The notes: a model not told the origin generated them from the letters alone. DNA of 64,000 bases from an uncultured bacterium (GCA_963726455.1 CAVSCK010000005.1:96001-160000), one strand, 5' to 3'. Counted from the first letter of the stretch, positions 41,363-55,552 are shown. Made by a program: numbers and translations.

Positions 41363-44300
41363 TCACTGAGGCGGCGGCACCGGTCCATTGTTAAAGATAT
41401 AATTAATCAGATAAACACAGTCGGATATATCAATCGTGCCATCGCCATTGGCGTCGCCGTTACGAAGCGTTGCCGGCGCCGGATTGGAAGCGAAGATGTA
41501 TCCGATCAGGTACACAACGTCGGAAATGTCAATTGTGGCATCGTTGTTAGCGTCACCTCGAACGGCCTTGACCACCTGAATCCGAATGCGTGTCGTGTCC
41601 GCAAGCTGGCCATCAGAAGCCACGAATCGCAACTGGTAGCTCGAATCGGCCTGCAGGTCGGTCGGATCGAAGCGGAAGCTGCCGCGCCCGTTGGCGGAAT
41701 CGACAAATACCGCATTGTACGGCACGTACGGGGTACCGCTCACCGACAGCGTCGGTGTCGTCCCATCCGGGTCAGAAGAGCGCAACCACAACTGCATCAC
41801 CTCATTGGTGACATTGACCGTCTTTAGTGAATCGAGTTTGACGATCACCGGTTTCTGATTAGCCGCATTGATTACCGTAATTGTTACGACTTCGCTGTCC
41901 ACCTGGTACTGGGCGGTGTTCTCGGTTACCTTGAACGTCGTCGTATACACACCTGCAGCAGCGAAATTCGGCGCGTACAGGAACCGCGATTTCGCCGTTC
42001 CCGCCGGCTGTCCCGCCTGCGTGGTGAAAGTCGCCCCCGGAGGCAGACCGGTAGCGGATAACGTGACACCACCACCGTCGGGGTCAGACCCCGCGACCAT
42101 CACATCCAGCGTACCGCCTTCAAGCACTGACAAAGCACCAATCGGATCCAGCACCGGCGGGGCAAACTGGTTGGTCACGTTGACCGTGAGCACATAGTTC
42201 CGGTAACGCGTCGTATCCCGATCGTCCTTCATGAAGAACAGCAGTTTGTACTGGCCGTTCTGGCTGAAGCTCGGCTGGAAGTTGAAGTTGGCCGTGTCAT
42301 TACGATTGTCGACCAGTGTCATGTTCGCCGGCATTGCCGAAAGCGTCGTATCCGTGCCGGTGACCGTGAAGCGATTACATCTGAAGTACGGGTGCGTTCC
42401 GTCCGGATCAGGCAAGGTTGCCATGATTCGGAATTGTAACTGGCCGCCTTCGAGAATTGTCTGCTGACAGGTACCCGATCCCGGAGTGAGACAGATCGTG
42501 TAAGGATCGTACCCAATATCCGGCGGCAGTAGTATCGAGTCATTCACAACAATCGGCACCGCGAACGAATCAACCACACCGCTGGTGTCACTGTCAGTGG
42601 CATAGAATGTGACGGAGTAGGTTCCCATCTGCTGCTGTTGCGTTGTCCAGGTAAAGGCACCACCACCCGTTCCCGAATCGATGAAGGCCGCGTTGAACGG
42701 CAAGGTGGATGTCGTCAATACCGGTTTCGTGCCGTCCGCGTCGGTTGCCCGTACCTTGATCGTCATCTTTTGCTGTTCTTTTACCGTCACGCTGGTCGGC
42801 GTCACTGTCATGACCGGTATCTGGTTGCCGGCCTCTATCACTTTGATGGCGACAATTCCGGTATCTCGTTTGACGCCGTCGGTCGCGAAGAAGCGGACGT
42901 TGTAATTACCCGACTGCGTGAAATCCGGTTTGAAGCGGAACAACCCGCCTCCGTTCAGTGAATCCACGAAGATCGCGTGAACTGGTATCGTTGTCGAATC
43001 GACTTTGAGCGTGTCAATCGTACCATCCGGATCAGTCACGCTGATACGGAAGTACACTGAATCACCTTCCCTTACGATCTGCGTGTCCGCAGGAACGGTG
43101 AGAACCGGCGGTTGCGGTATGTTCACGACCTGAATCATTACATTTTCGTAATCGGTTTTATTGCCGTCGGAAGCAATGAACTTCACTGAATACAATCCCG
43201 ACTGCGAGAAGGTCGGTGTGAAAGTAAACAACGCATGGCCGTTGGCGGAATCCACCATCACCGAATTAACCGGCATGTTCTGCGCCTGGAAGAACGGTAT
43301 CGTGCCGTCCGGATCGGTCGCCGACAGGTGAATTCGCAAGGTATCGCCTTCATTCACACTCTTGGGCCCGATATACGCCAGCACCGGCGGCTGATTGGTA
43401 CGCAGCACAGTGATCACCGCGGTGTCGGCGTCACTCATCGAAGGTATGCCGTTATCGAAGCAGAGCACGATGAAAGTATGCGCGCCAGTATCGGCCACAG
43501 TCGGCTTCCAACGCAGGGATGCGCGGCCGCCGGTCGAGTCCGTAAACACCGAACCGGTCGGTTTAACCGGAGCGATCAGACTCAGATGCGGCCCGTTGGG
43601 ATCAGTCGAGTCAGTCGCTACCACGCGAATATTCAGCGAGTCTCCCGGCAGTACCGTGTAGTCCTGAATGTGCACGATGGTCGGCGGCTGGTTGACGTCA
43701 AAGGTGGTAATTTGAACTCTCTCGAAGCTGCTTGCACCCTGTGCATCAGTTGCATAGAAGGTCGCGGTGTCGATGCCAGCGGAGTAATAGTCGGGAACAT
43801 AGGTAAACGAACCCGATCCGTTGCCGGAATCCACGAACGTATAGAAGTTCTTCATGGTGACGGCGCTGACCAGCAACGACGGAATTCCGCCGTCATCGGT
43901 CGCGTGTATCCGGAAGGCCAATTGGCCGCCCTCATACACGGACTTGGGACCGATGGAATCGAGAACCGGCGGCATATTCGAAGTATTGATTACCGTAATC
44001 GGAACGACTTCGCTGTCCGCCAGAATACCGTCAGAGGCAATGAAAGTCACATTGTAGATGCCAGACTGCAACATATCGGGCACGAAGACGAATATGCCCG
44101 TACCGTTGCCATGATCGCCGAAGGACGCATGCAACGGCAGGTTAATCGCCGTCAATACTGGAATGGTGCTGTCCGGATCGGTTGCCGTGACGTTGAAGGT
44201 CAGGTTGCTGCCGGCATTAACCGACTGAGGACCGATCGCCGCCAGTATCGGTGCACGATCAGCATTGGAAATCGTGATCACAACCAGTTCGCTGTCCGCC

Positions 44301-47300
44301 AGAGTGCCGTCAGAGGCAATAAACGTGACGTTGTATACTCCGGCTTGAGCGTAAGTCGGCGTGAAGGTAAACGTCCCTCTGCCGTTCGCGCTGTCGAAAT
44401 AAGTCGCATTGAGAGGCAGGTTGATCGCAGTCAATGCTGGGATCGTGCCGTCTGGGTCGGTGGCCGACGTGTTGAACGTCATCACCGCGCCCTCGAAACC
44501 GGAATGCGGACCGATCGCCGCCAGAACCGGCGGCTGATTGCCTGCATCCGTCACCGTGATCGCCACGATTTCGCTGTCGGCCAGGGTGCCGTCAGAGGCG
44601 ATAAAGGTAACGTTATAAACACCGGCCTGCGTGTAATTCGGCGTCCAGGTGAATCTCCCTCGGCCATTCAGACTGTCTACGTATGCCGCACCGGTAGGCA
44701 GACCCACGGCCGTCAGAGCGGGGATCGTGCCATCCGGGTCAGTCGCCGAAGTCGCGAAGGACAGGACTGTGCCCTCGGCCGTAGTTTTCGGGCCAATTGC
44801 GGTCAACACCGGCGGCTGATTAACATCTGTCACCGTGATCACCACAACTTCGCTATCTGCTAATGTTCCATCGGAAGCGATGAAAGTCACATTGTACAAA
44901 CCGGCCTGCGACAACGTCGGCGTCCAATTGAACGTCGCCGTACCGTTCGCATGATCGGTATACGTAGCACCAGTCGGCAGTCCGACAGCAGTCATCGCGG
45001 GATTCGTGCCGTTTGGATCGGAGGCCGAAGCTACAAAGTTGAGGTTCACTGCCTCAGCCACTGACTTCGCGCCGATTGCTGCCAGCACAGGCGGCTGATT
45101 CACAAACACTACTGTGATTGCGACAACTTCGCTGTCAGCCAGGGCGCCATCGGAAGCAATAAATGTCACATTGTACAACCCTGCCTGCGCAAAAGTCGGC
45201 GTCCAGTTGAAGGTGCCGGTTCCGTTAAGGTTATTGGTGTAGGTTGCGCCGGTCGGCAAATTGACCGCCGTCATCGCAGGTATCGTCGCATTAGGATCGG
45301 TAGCTGAAGTATTGAAGTTCAGATTGGCGCCGGCATTCACTGATTTCGGGCCAATCGTCGCCAACACCGGCGGCATATTCACGCCTACCACCGTGATCGC
45401 GACGACTTCGCTATCCGCTAGTGTGCCGTCGGAAGCGATAAAGGTCACATTGTAGACACCCGCCTGGGTAAAGCCCGGCGTCCAGGTGAATCTGCCTCTA
45501 CCGTTCAAGCTATCAACATAGGCCGCACCGGTAGGCAATCCCACGGCCGTCAAGGATGGGATTGCACCGTCCGGATCAGTCGCCGACGTCGCAAAGGCAA
45601 GCAACGCACCCTCGTTCGCCGTCTTCGGGCCGATCGTCGCGAGTACCGGCGGCTGATTCACGTTGTTCACCGTGATCGCTACGACTTCGCTGTCGGCGAG
45701 TGTGCCGTCTGACGCAATGAATGTCACATTGTAGACACCCGATTGCGAGAAGGTCGGCGTCCAGTTGAAAGTAGCGGTGCCATTGAGATTGTCTGTATAT
45801 GTCGCACCAGTCGGAAGACCCAGCGCCGTCATTGCCGGTATCGTTCCGTCGGGATCACTTGCCGAAGTTGCGAAGTTAAGGATTGACACCTTCGTTCACG
45901 GACTTCGCGCCAATCGCTGCCAGCACCGGCGCGCGGTTGACGTTGTTCACCGTAATGGCTACCACTTCACTGTCTGCCAGTGTTCCATCCGAAGCGATGA
46001 AGGTCACGTTGTAGACACCGGATTCCGAGAAAGTCGGTGTCCAGTTGAAGGTGGCGGTACCGTTGAGATTATCAGTATAGGTCGCGCCAAGCGGCAGACC
46101 GACTGCGGACATCGCCGGTATCGTTGCGTCAGGATCACTTGCAGAAGTAGCGAAGTTCAGATTGACGCCTTCATTCACTGACTTGGCACCGATAGCGGCC
46201 AGCACCGGCGGGCGGTTCACGTTATTCACCGTGATCGCCACGACCTCGCTGTCGGCCATCGTGCCGTCGGAAGCAATGAATGTCACATTGTGCACTCCAG
46301 ACTGAGTGAAGTCCGGAGTCCAGTTGAATGTCGCGGTACCATTCAAGTGATCGGTATAGGTCGCGCCTGTCGGCAGGCCAACCGCAGTCATTGTCGGTGT
46401 CGTTCCGTTCGGATCTGATGCCGAAGTACCAAAGCTGAGGTTGATACCTTCGTTCACCGATTTAGCACCGATCGCTGCCAGAACCGGCGGCACATTCACG
46501 AACACCACCGTGATCGCGACCACTTCGCTGTCAGCTAGCAAGCCATCCGAAGCGATGAAGGTCACGTTGTATGACCCTGCCTGTGCAAAGGTCGGAGTCC
46601 AATTGAATGTTCCGGTTCCGTTGAGATTATTAGTATATGTCGCACCGGTCGGAAGATTAACAGCGGTCATGGTCGGAATCGTGCTGTTAGGATCGCTCGC
46701 CGAAGTACCGAAGTTCAGGTTGGCGCCTGCGTTCACCGATTTTGGGCCAATCGTCGCCAAGACCGGCGGCACGTTTACGCCCACCACTGTGATTGCGACA
46801 ACTTCGCTATCGGCGAGAGTACCATCGGAAGCAATGAAGGTCACGTTGTAAACGCCCGCCTGTGTGTAGCCCGGCGTCCAGGAGAATCTCCCTCTGCCGT
46901 TCAAGCTATCGACATAGGTCGCGCCCGTAGGAAGGCCTACGGCTGTAAGGGCAGGGATCGTGGCATCTGGATCGGTCGCGGAAGTATTGAAACCGAGGTT
47001 TACACCTTCATTAGCAGTCTTCGGACCAATCGTTGCCAGCACCGGCGGCAGATTCACGTTGTTCACGGTGATCGCGACAACTTCACTGTCGGCCAGCGTT
47101 CCATCCGACGAAATGAATGTTACGTTGTAGACACCCGACTGTGCGAAGGTCGGTGTCCAGTTGAACGTACCGGTACCGTTAAGATTATCCGTGTACGTTG
47201 CACCGGTCGGCACACCCAGAGCGGTCATCGCCGGAATCGTGCCATCCGGATCACTTGCCGACGTGCCGAAGTTCAGATTAACATTCTCGTTTACACTCTT

Positions 47301-50300
47301 CGCGCCAATCGCGCCAGCACGGGCGCACGATTGACGTTGTTTACCGTGATTGCCACCACTTCGCTATCGGCAAGCGTGCCGTCAGAAGCGATGAACGTAA
47401 CGTTGTAAACACCCGACTGGGTAAAGTCCGGCGTAAAGTTGAATGTGCCGGTACCGTTGAGATGGTCAGTATAAGTCGCGCCAAGCGGCAACCCCAGAGC
47501 TGTAAGAGCCGGTATCGCACCGTCGGGATCGCTCGCTGACGTTCCAAAATTCAAATTGATTCCTTCATTTACGCTCTTCGCCCCGATCGCAGCCAGCACC
47601 GGCGGTCGGTTCACGTTATTCACCGTGATCGCCACCACTTCACTATCAGCCAACAGGCCGTCGGAGGCGATGAACGTCACATTGTAAACACCAGACTGGG
47701 TATAATCCGGAGTCCAGGCGAATCTGCCCCGGCCGTTCAGACTATCCACATAGGTTGCACCAAGCGGCAAGCCAACTGCCGTCAGCGCTGGGATCGTTGC
47801 GTTTGGATCTGTTGCCGAAGTATTGAATGCCAGGATGACACCTTCATTGACCGACTTCGCGCCGATCGCTGCCAACACCGGTGGCATGTTAACACCTACT
47901 ACCGTTATCGCGACGACCTCGCTGTCGGCAAGCGTGCCGTCCGAAGCGATGAAGGTCACATTGTAGACACCTGCCTGGGAGAAGGTCGGTGTCCAGGTAA
48001 AACCTCCCGCGCCGTTCAAACTGTCCCTATAGGCCGCGCCGGTTGGCAATCCAACCGCAGTCAACACCGGGACCGTTCCATCCGGATCTGATGCCGGAGT
48101 TCTGAAGCTCAGATTTACGCCTTCATTAGCAGTCTTGGGCCCAATTGTCGCCAGCACCGGCGGACGATTGACGTTGTTCACCGTAATCGCCACAACTTCG
48201 CTGTCTGCCAACGTTCCGTCGGAAGCGATGAAGGTTACATTGTAGACACCCGACTGTGTATAGTCCGGCATCCAGGTGAATCTTCCTTTGCCGTTCAGAC
48301 TGTCCACGTAAACCGCGCCCAGAGGCAGACCCACTGCCGTCATGGTCGGGAACGTGCCGTCCGGATCGGTCGACGACGTATTGAAAGCAAGACTGACGTT
48401 CTCATTAACACTCTTCGCGCCGATTACTGCCAACACCGGCGCGCGATCAACATTATTCACCGTGATCGCGACGACTTCGCTGTCTGCCAACAATCCATCG
48501 GAAGCAACGAAGGTCACATTGTAGACTCCGGCATCCGTGTAGCCGGGCGTCCAACTGAAGGAAGCCGTACCGTTGACATGATCTGTGTAGGTCGCACCCA
48601 CCGGCAAGCCGATTGCAACCAGCGATGGAATCGCGCCGTCAGGATCTGACGCAGTCACGTTGAAGCTCAGATTGACATTTTCATTAACGGACTTAGGCCC
48701 AATCGTTGCCAACACCGGTGGTTGATTCACGTTATTCACCGTGATCGCCACCACTTCGCTGTCGGCCAAGGTTCCATCTGACGCGATGAAGGTCACGCTG
48801 TGGATTCCAGATTGACTGAAACTCGGCGTCCAATTGAATGTCGCCGTTCCGTTGAGATGATCTGTATATGTCGCGCCGGTCGGTAATCCGACGGCTGTCA
48901 TCGCGGGATTCGTGGCGTTGGGATCGGTCGCCGATGTGACGAAATTCAGATTGGCATTTTCATTGACCGTCTTCGGTCCAATCGCCGCCAGCACCGGTGG
49001 CACATTCACGAAGTTTACCGTGATCGCTACCACTTCACTGTCGGCCAGCAGGCCGTCGGAAGCGATGAAAGGTTACATTGTACACACCCGCTTGCGCGTA
49101 TGTCGGCGTCCAGGTAAATCTTCCTCTACCGTTCAGACTATCCACATAGACCGCACCGGTCGGCAGACCAACCGCCGTCAGTGACGGGGTCGTTGCATTC
49201 GGGTCGGTCGCCGAGGTGTTGAAAGCCAGATTCGAGCCGGTATTCACCGACTTCGGACCGATCGCTGCCAACACCGGCGGCACATTTACGCCTACCACCG
49301 TGACAACTACAACTTCACTGTCAGCTAACGTGCCATCCGAAGCGATAAAGGTCACATTGTAGACACCCGCCTGGGTAAAGCCCGGGGTCCAGGTGAATCT
49401 TCCCGTACCGTTCAAGCTGTCAACATAGGCCGCACCGGGGGCAGACCTAGGCCGTAAAGTCGGGATCGTGCCGTCCGGATCGGCTGCCGAGGTACTGAAG
49501 CCGAGTAACTTACGCCTTCATTGGCAGTCTTCGGTCCGATTGTTGCGAGCACCGGCGGACGGTTGACGTTGTTCACCGTGATCGCCACGACCTCGCTGTC
49601 AGCAAGCGTTCCATCCGACGCGATGAAGGTGACGTTGTATGCGCCCGACTGGGCAAAAGTCGGTGTCCAGTTGAAAGTGGCTGTACCATTAAGATTATCT
49701 GTGTACGTAGCGCCCGTCGGCAAACCAACCGCGGTCATCGCGGGACTCGTTCCGTCCGGATCTGAGGACGAAGTGCCGAAGTTGAGATTGACGCCTTCGT
49801 TCACCGTCTTCGCTCCGATCGCGGCAAGTACCGGCGCACGATTAACGTTGTTCACCGTTATCGCCACGACCTCACTATCCGCCAGAGTGCCATCAGACGC
49901 AATAAATGTCACATTGTAAACACCCGACTGGGTATAGTCCGGCGTCCAGGTGAATCTGCCTCTGCCGTTCAAGCTGTCTACGTAAACCGCGCCCAGAGGC
50001 AAGCCCACAGCCGTCATGGCCGGGATTGTGCCGTCAGGATCAGTCGCCGAAGTATTGAAGCCGAGACTAACATTCTCGTTCACGGCCTTGGCTCCGATTG
50101 CCGCCAACACCGGCGCGCGATCAACGTTGTTCACTGTGATCGCTACGACTTCGCTGTCAGCCAGCGATCCGTCGGAAGAAATGAAGGTGACGTTATAGAC
50201 GCCCGACTGAGTGAAGCTGGGATTCCAGTTGAAGATAGCGGTACCGTTAGTTTGATCGGTGTAAGTCGCCCCGCTTGGCAAGCCAACAGCGATCATAAAC

Positions 50301-53300
50301 GGAGTCGTGCCGTTAGGATCAGACGCCGAAGTCGTGAAGTTAAGATTGGCGCCTTCGTTCACGCTCTTCGGACCAATCGCCGCCAATACCGGCGCCGCAT
50401 TCACGTACACCACTGTGACTGCAACCACCTCGCTGTCAGCCAAGGTGCCGTCGGAGGCGATAAAGGTAACGTTGAAGACACCGGCCTGAGTATAGCCCGG
50501 CGTCCAACTGAATCTTCCTCTGCCGTTCAGACTGTCTACGAAGGCCGCGCCAAGGGGCAGACCAACCGCCCTCAGTGATGGCGTAGTTGCGTTCGGATCA
50601 GTCGCCGAGATGTTGAAGCCGAGGTTCACGCCCTCATTTACGCTCTTCGGCCCGATCGTCGCCAATACCGGAGGTACATTCACGCCCACCACGGTAATCG
50701 CGACGACCTCGCTGTCCGCCAGCGTTCCATCAGACGCGATGAAAGTCACATTATAGACACCTGCCTGAGTATAGCCCGGCGTCCAATTAAATGTCGCAGT
50801 TCCATTCAAGTGATCAGTGTATGTCGAGCCGGTCGGGAGACCGACAGCCGTCAACACAGGGATAGTTGCATCCGGATCGCTTGCTGAAGTATTGAAGTTG
50901 AGATTGGCACCTTCACTCACTGACTTCGGGCCAATCGCTGCCAGTACCGGTGGTTGATTCACGTTGTTAACCGTGATAGCAACCACTTCGCTATCAGCGA
51001 GAGTCCCGTCGGAAGCTATAAAAGTCACGTTGTAGACACCCGACTGCGAAAGCGTCGGTGTCCACGTAAATCTTCCTCTACCGTTTAGACTGTCGACATA
51101 AGTCGCGCCGGTCGGCAAACCGACTGCTGTCAGAGCCGGGATCGTGGCGTCGGGATCAGTAGCCGAGGTGTTGAAGGCGAGATTGACACCTTCGTTCACT
51201 GACTTCGGGCCAATCAGTGCCAGCACCGGTGGCTGGTTCACGTTGTTAACCGTGATCGCCACAACTTCGCTATCTGCGAGCGTTCCATCGGACGCGATGA
51301 AGGTCACATTGTAAACACCCGACTGTGAGAAGGTCGGTGTCCAGGTGAATCTGCCTCTACCATTAAGACTGTCGACATAGGTCGCGCCGGTCGGCAAACC
51401 AACTGCTGTCAATGCCGGGATCGTGGCGTCGGGATCGGAAGCCGAAGTGTTGAAGGCAAGATTAACGCCTTCGTTCACTGACTTCGGTCCAATCAGTGCC
51501 AGCACCGGTGGCTGGTTCACGTTGTTAACCGTGATCGCCACAACTTCGCTATCAGCGAGTGTGCCGTCAGAGGCAATGAACATCACATTGTAAACACCCG
51601 ACTGTGAAAGCGACGGAGTCCAGGTAAATCTACCTCTGCCATTGAGACTATCAACGTAAGTGGCGCCTACTGGCAAACCGACTGCTGTCAGAACCGGGAT
51701 CGTGGCGTCAGGATCAGTAGCCGAAGTATTGAAGGCGAGATTGACACCTTCGTTTACCGACTTCGGACCAATTGCTGCCAGAACCGGTGGCTGATTCACA
51801 TTGGTGACCGTGATCGCCACAACTTCACTGTCGGCGAGAGTGCCATCGGAGGCGATGAAGGTCACATTGTAAACACCTGACTGCGAAAGTGTCGGTGTCC
51901 AGCTGAAATGACCTCTGCCATTGAGACTGTCGACATAAGTCGCACCAGTCGGCATACCCACTGCTGTCAGAGCCGGGATCGTGGCGTCGGGATCGGTTGC
52001 CGAAGTATTGAAGGCGAGATTGACACCTTCGTTGACCGACTTCGGACCGATTGCTGCCAGCACTGGCGGTTGATTCACGTTGTTTACCGTGATCGCCACA
52101 ACTTCGCTATCGGCGAGAGTGCCGTCGGAAGCGATAAATGTCACATTGTAGACACCTGACTGCGAAAGTGTCGGTGTCCAGCTGAAATGACCTCTGCCAT
52201 TGAGACTGTCGACATAAGTCGCACCAGTCGGCAAACCCACTGCTGTCAGAGCCGGGATCGTGGCGTCGGGATCGGTTGCCGAAGTATTGAAGGCGAGATT
52301 GACACCTTCGTTGACCGACTTCGGACCGATTGCTGCCAGCACTGGCGGTTGATTCACGTTGTTTACCGTGATCGCCACAACTTCGCTATCGGCGAGAGTG
52401 CCGTCGGAAGCGATAAATGTCACATTGTAGACACCTGACTGCGAAAGTGTCGGTGTCCAGCTGAAATGACCTCTGCCATTGAGACTGTCGACGTAAGTCG
52501 CACCAGTCGGCAGACCGACTGCTGTCAGAACCGGGATCGTGGCGTCGGGATCAGTTGCCGAAGTATTGAAGGCGAGATTGACACCTTCGTTGACCGACTT
52601 CGGGCCGATTGCTGCCAGCACCGGTGGTTGATTCACGTTGTTCACCGTGATCGCCACAACTTCGCTATCGGCGAGCGTGCCATCTGACGCGATGAAGGTC
52701 ACATTGTAAACACCCGACTGCGAGACCGTCGGTGTCCAGGTGAATCTGCCTCTGCCATTGAGACTGTCTACGTAAGTTGCACCAGTCGGCAGACCGACTG
52801 CAGTCAGGACCGGGATGGTGGCGTCGGGATCAGTAGCCGAAGTGTTGAAGGCGAGATTGACACCTTCGTTCACCGACTTCGGACCGATTGCTGCCAGCAC
52901 CGGCGGCTGATTTACGTTGTTTACCGTGATCGCAACCACTTCGCTATCAGCGAGAGTCCCGTCAGACGCAATGAAGGTCACGTTGTAGACACCCGACTGT
53001 GAGAAGGTCGGTGTCCAGGTGAATCTGCCTCTGCCATTGAGACTGTCTACGTAAGTTGCACCAGTCGGCAAACCAACTGCAGACAGGACCGGGATGGTGG
53101 CATCAGGATCGGAAGCCGAAGTGTTGAAGGCGAGATTGACACCTTCGTTGACCGACTTCGGACCGATTGCTGCCAGCACTGGCGGTTGATTCACGTTGTT
53201 TACCGTGATCGCAACCACTTCGCTATCGGCGAGAGTGCCGTCAGACGCAATGAAGGTCACGTTGTAGACACCCGACTGTGAGAAGGTCGGTGTCCAGGTG

Positions 53301-55359
53301 AATCTGCCTCTGCCATTGAGACTGTCTACGTAAGTTGCACCGAGTCGGCAAACCAACTGCAGACAGGACCGGGATGGTGGCATCAGGATCGGAAGCCGAA
53401 GTGTTGAAGGCGAGATTGACACCTTCGTTGACCGACTTCGGACCGATCGCTGCGAGCACTGGCGGTTGATTCACGTTGTTTACCGTGATCGCCACAACTT
53501 CGCTATCTGCGAGAGTCCCGTCGGACGCGATGAAGGTCACATTGTAAACACCCGACTGCGAGAAGGTCGGTGTCCAGGTAAATCTGCCTCTGCCATTGAG
53601 ACTGTCGACATATGTCGCACCAGTCGGCAAACCAACTGCAGACAGGACCGGGATGGTGGCATCAGGATCGGAAGCCGAAGTGTTGAAGGCGAGATTAACA
53701 CCTTCGTTGACTGACTTCGGACCGATCGCTGCCAGAACCGGTGGCTGATTCACATTGTTAACCGTGATCGCAACCACTTCGCTGTCAGCGAGAGTGCCGT
53801 CGGAAGCAATGAAAGTCACATTGTAGACACCCGATTGTGATAGCGACGGAGTCCAGCTGAAATCTGCCTCGACCATTTAAGCTGTCGACGTAGGTTGCAC
53901 CAGTCGGTAAACCAACTGCTGTCAGAACCGGGATCGTGGCATCGGGATCTGTAGCCGAGGTATTGAAGGCAAGATTAACACCTTCGTTTACCGATTTCGG
54001 GCCGATTGCTGCCAGAACCGGTGGCTGATTCACATTGGTGACCGTGATCGCCACAACTTCACTGTCGGCGAGAGTGCCATCGGAGGCGATGAAGGTCACA
54101 TTGTAAACACCCGACTGTGAGAGTGTCGGTGTCCAACTGAATCTGCCTCGACCATTCAAGCTGTCCACATAAGTTGCACCTACTGGCAAACCGACTGCTG
54201 TCAGAACCGGGATAGTGGCATCGGGATCAGTAGCCGAAGTGTTGAAGGCAAGATTAACGCCTTCGTTGACTGACTTCGGACCGATCGCTGCCAACACCGG
54301 TGGTTGATTCACGTTGTTAACCGTGATAGCAACCACTTCGCTATCGGCGAGCGTGCCATCTGACGCAATAATGGTCACATTGTAAACACCTGACTGAGTA
54401 TAATTTGGGTTGAAATTGAACGAGCCCTTGCCGTTCAAACTGTCCGTAAAGGTCGCATTGGCTGGAATGTTAACCGCACTTAAGGTTAGAGCGCTGCCTT
54501 CCGGGTCGGTTGCCGACACACCAAAATTCAGATTGGCGCCTTCATTAACCGATTTGGCTCCGATCGCGGCCAGTACCGGCGCTGCGTTGCAGTAACCGAA
54601 ACCGCTCGTTCCAAGCGTGTGATGTGACTGTATTTCCGAAAGAGTCAGAGCGCGGTTATAAAGCGCCAGTTCATCGAGAATGCCGTCATAATAGGACGGG
54701 GTGCCGGTATTGATCCAACCCACGTTCATTGGCACAGTCGAGGCAAATCCAGTGGTATACGTCTGCGCGCCGAAACCTTCCTGTGCGCCGTCAACATAGA
54801 TGCGCGTCGTATCGGAATTCCGCGTGACCACCACATGATGCCACAGTCCGTCGCTCACAACTGTCGTGTTCCAGACATCCAACGAAACGTCGCTCTGCAT
54901 CTGGAAATGCACCTGCCCCGCGTGTGGCGCGGTGCAGTCGATACCGAGTGACCAACTCATCGTCGTGCCGTCAACACGTCCCACCATGACCTCCGGGCCT
55001 GTGCAGGCATTTGGCTTGCGCATCCAGAGTTCAATGGAAAAATTATCTGCCGCTCCCCAGTCAAAGGTGTTGTCGTCCGCGATGTTAACGCTATCCGAAC
55101 TCGTGCTGCCGTTGAACAGCAGCGCCCCGGCAACTCTGCCAGTAGTAGCGGTCGGACAGGTTGTACATGTGGCATCATTCGTGCCTACGGTGTCACGATA
55201 CGGTTGAGCCGTTTCGTTAAACTTCCAATAATGGCTAATGCCCGTCGGGCATTGCGCCCAGGCAGATGCCTGCGTAAGCAAGAGGGCAGCGAAGACGATC
55301 AGCAGGACCATCTTCCTGTCTAAAGCTGCGAACCTCCTGATATCTCTAGGCAACCTCAC
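41363..55359 (-). CDS. Giant (~4,660 aa) secreted adhesin-like protein: LamG/ConA-like domain + 46 cadherin-like Ig repeats + dockerin; broken by about 6 frameshift sites
   Basis: Seven overlapping or adjacent minus-strand ORFs join into one continuous repeat register; GTG start at 55359 after GGAGG, then a signal peptide; LamG motifs FSIELW, WHHVVVTR, IYVDG, GILDELALYNRAL; terminal dockerin. Confidence 0.88.
41570..54588 (-). repeat. Tandem array of ~279-bp (93-aa) coding repeats, 46 units
   Basis: Unit N.PPVL..IG.KSVNEG..L.F..SA.DPD.T.P...GLP.GA.Y.D..NG.G.F.WTP...Q.GVYNVTFIASDG.LADSEVVAITV; units at 51900-52460 nearly identical at the DNA level. Confidence 0.95.
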
Positions 55360-55552
55360 CTTAACCTCCGTATTTATGGAAACAGAATCATTATTCGAAT
55401 ACATGGTGCACCGGAATTTGTCTCTCCGCGAAATCAAGTTGCTCATATGTGTTCCGGTCTTTCTCCTGACTACTCCTATGAATGGCCTGACAACTGAATC
55501 TCCGGCCACGGAATGCGGTGACGGTTACTATTGCCGTCACCGCATACAAGAA

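Noticed and set aside
45870-53870. Programmed frameshifting or phase variation in the giant gene
   Set aside because: No long simple-sequence repeats or slippery heptamers at the break points; sequencing error is simpler.
41570-54588. Possible CRISPR array or diversity-generating retroelement repeats
   Set aside because: Units are 279-bp in-frame coding repeats with no unique spacers; no cas or reverse transcriptase gene; the variation seen is largely synonymous, not adenine-specific.
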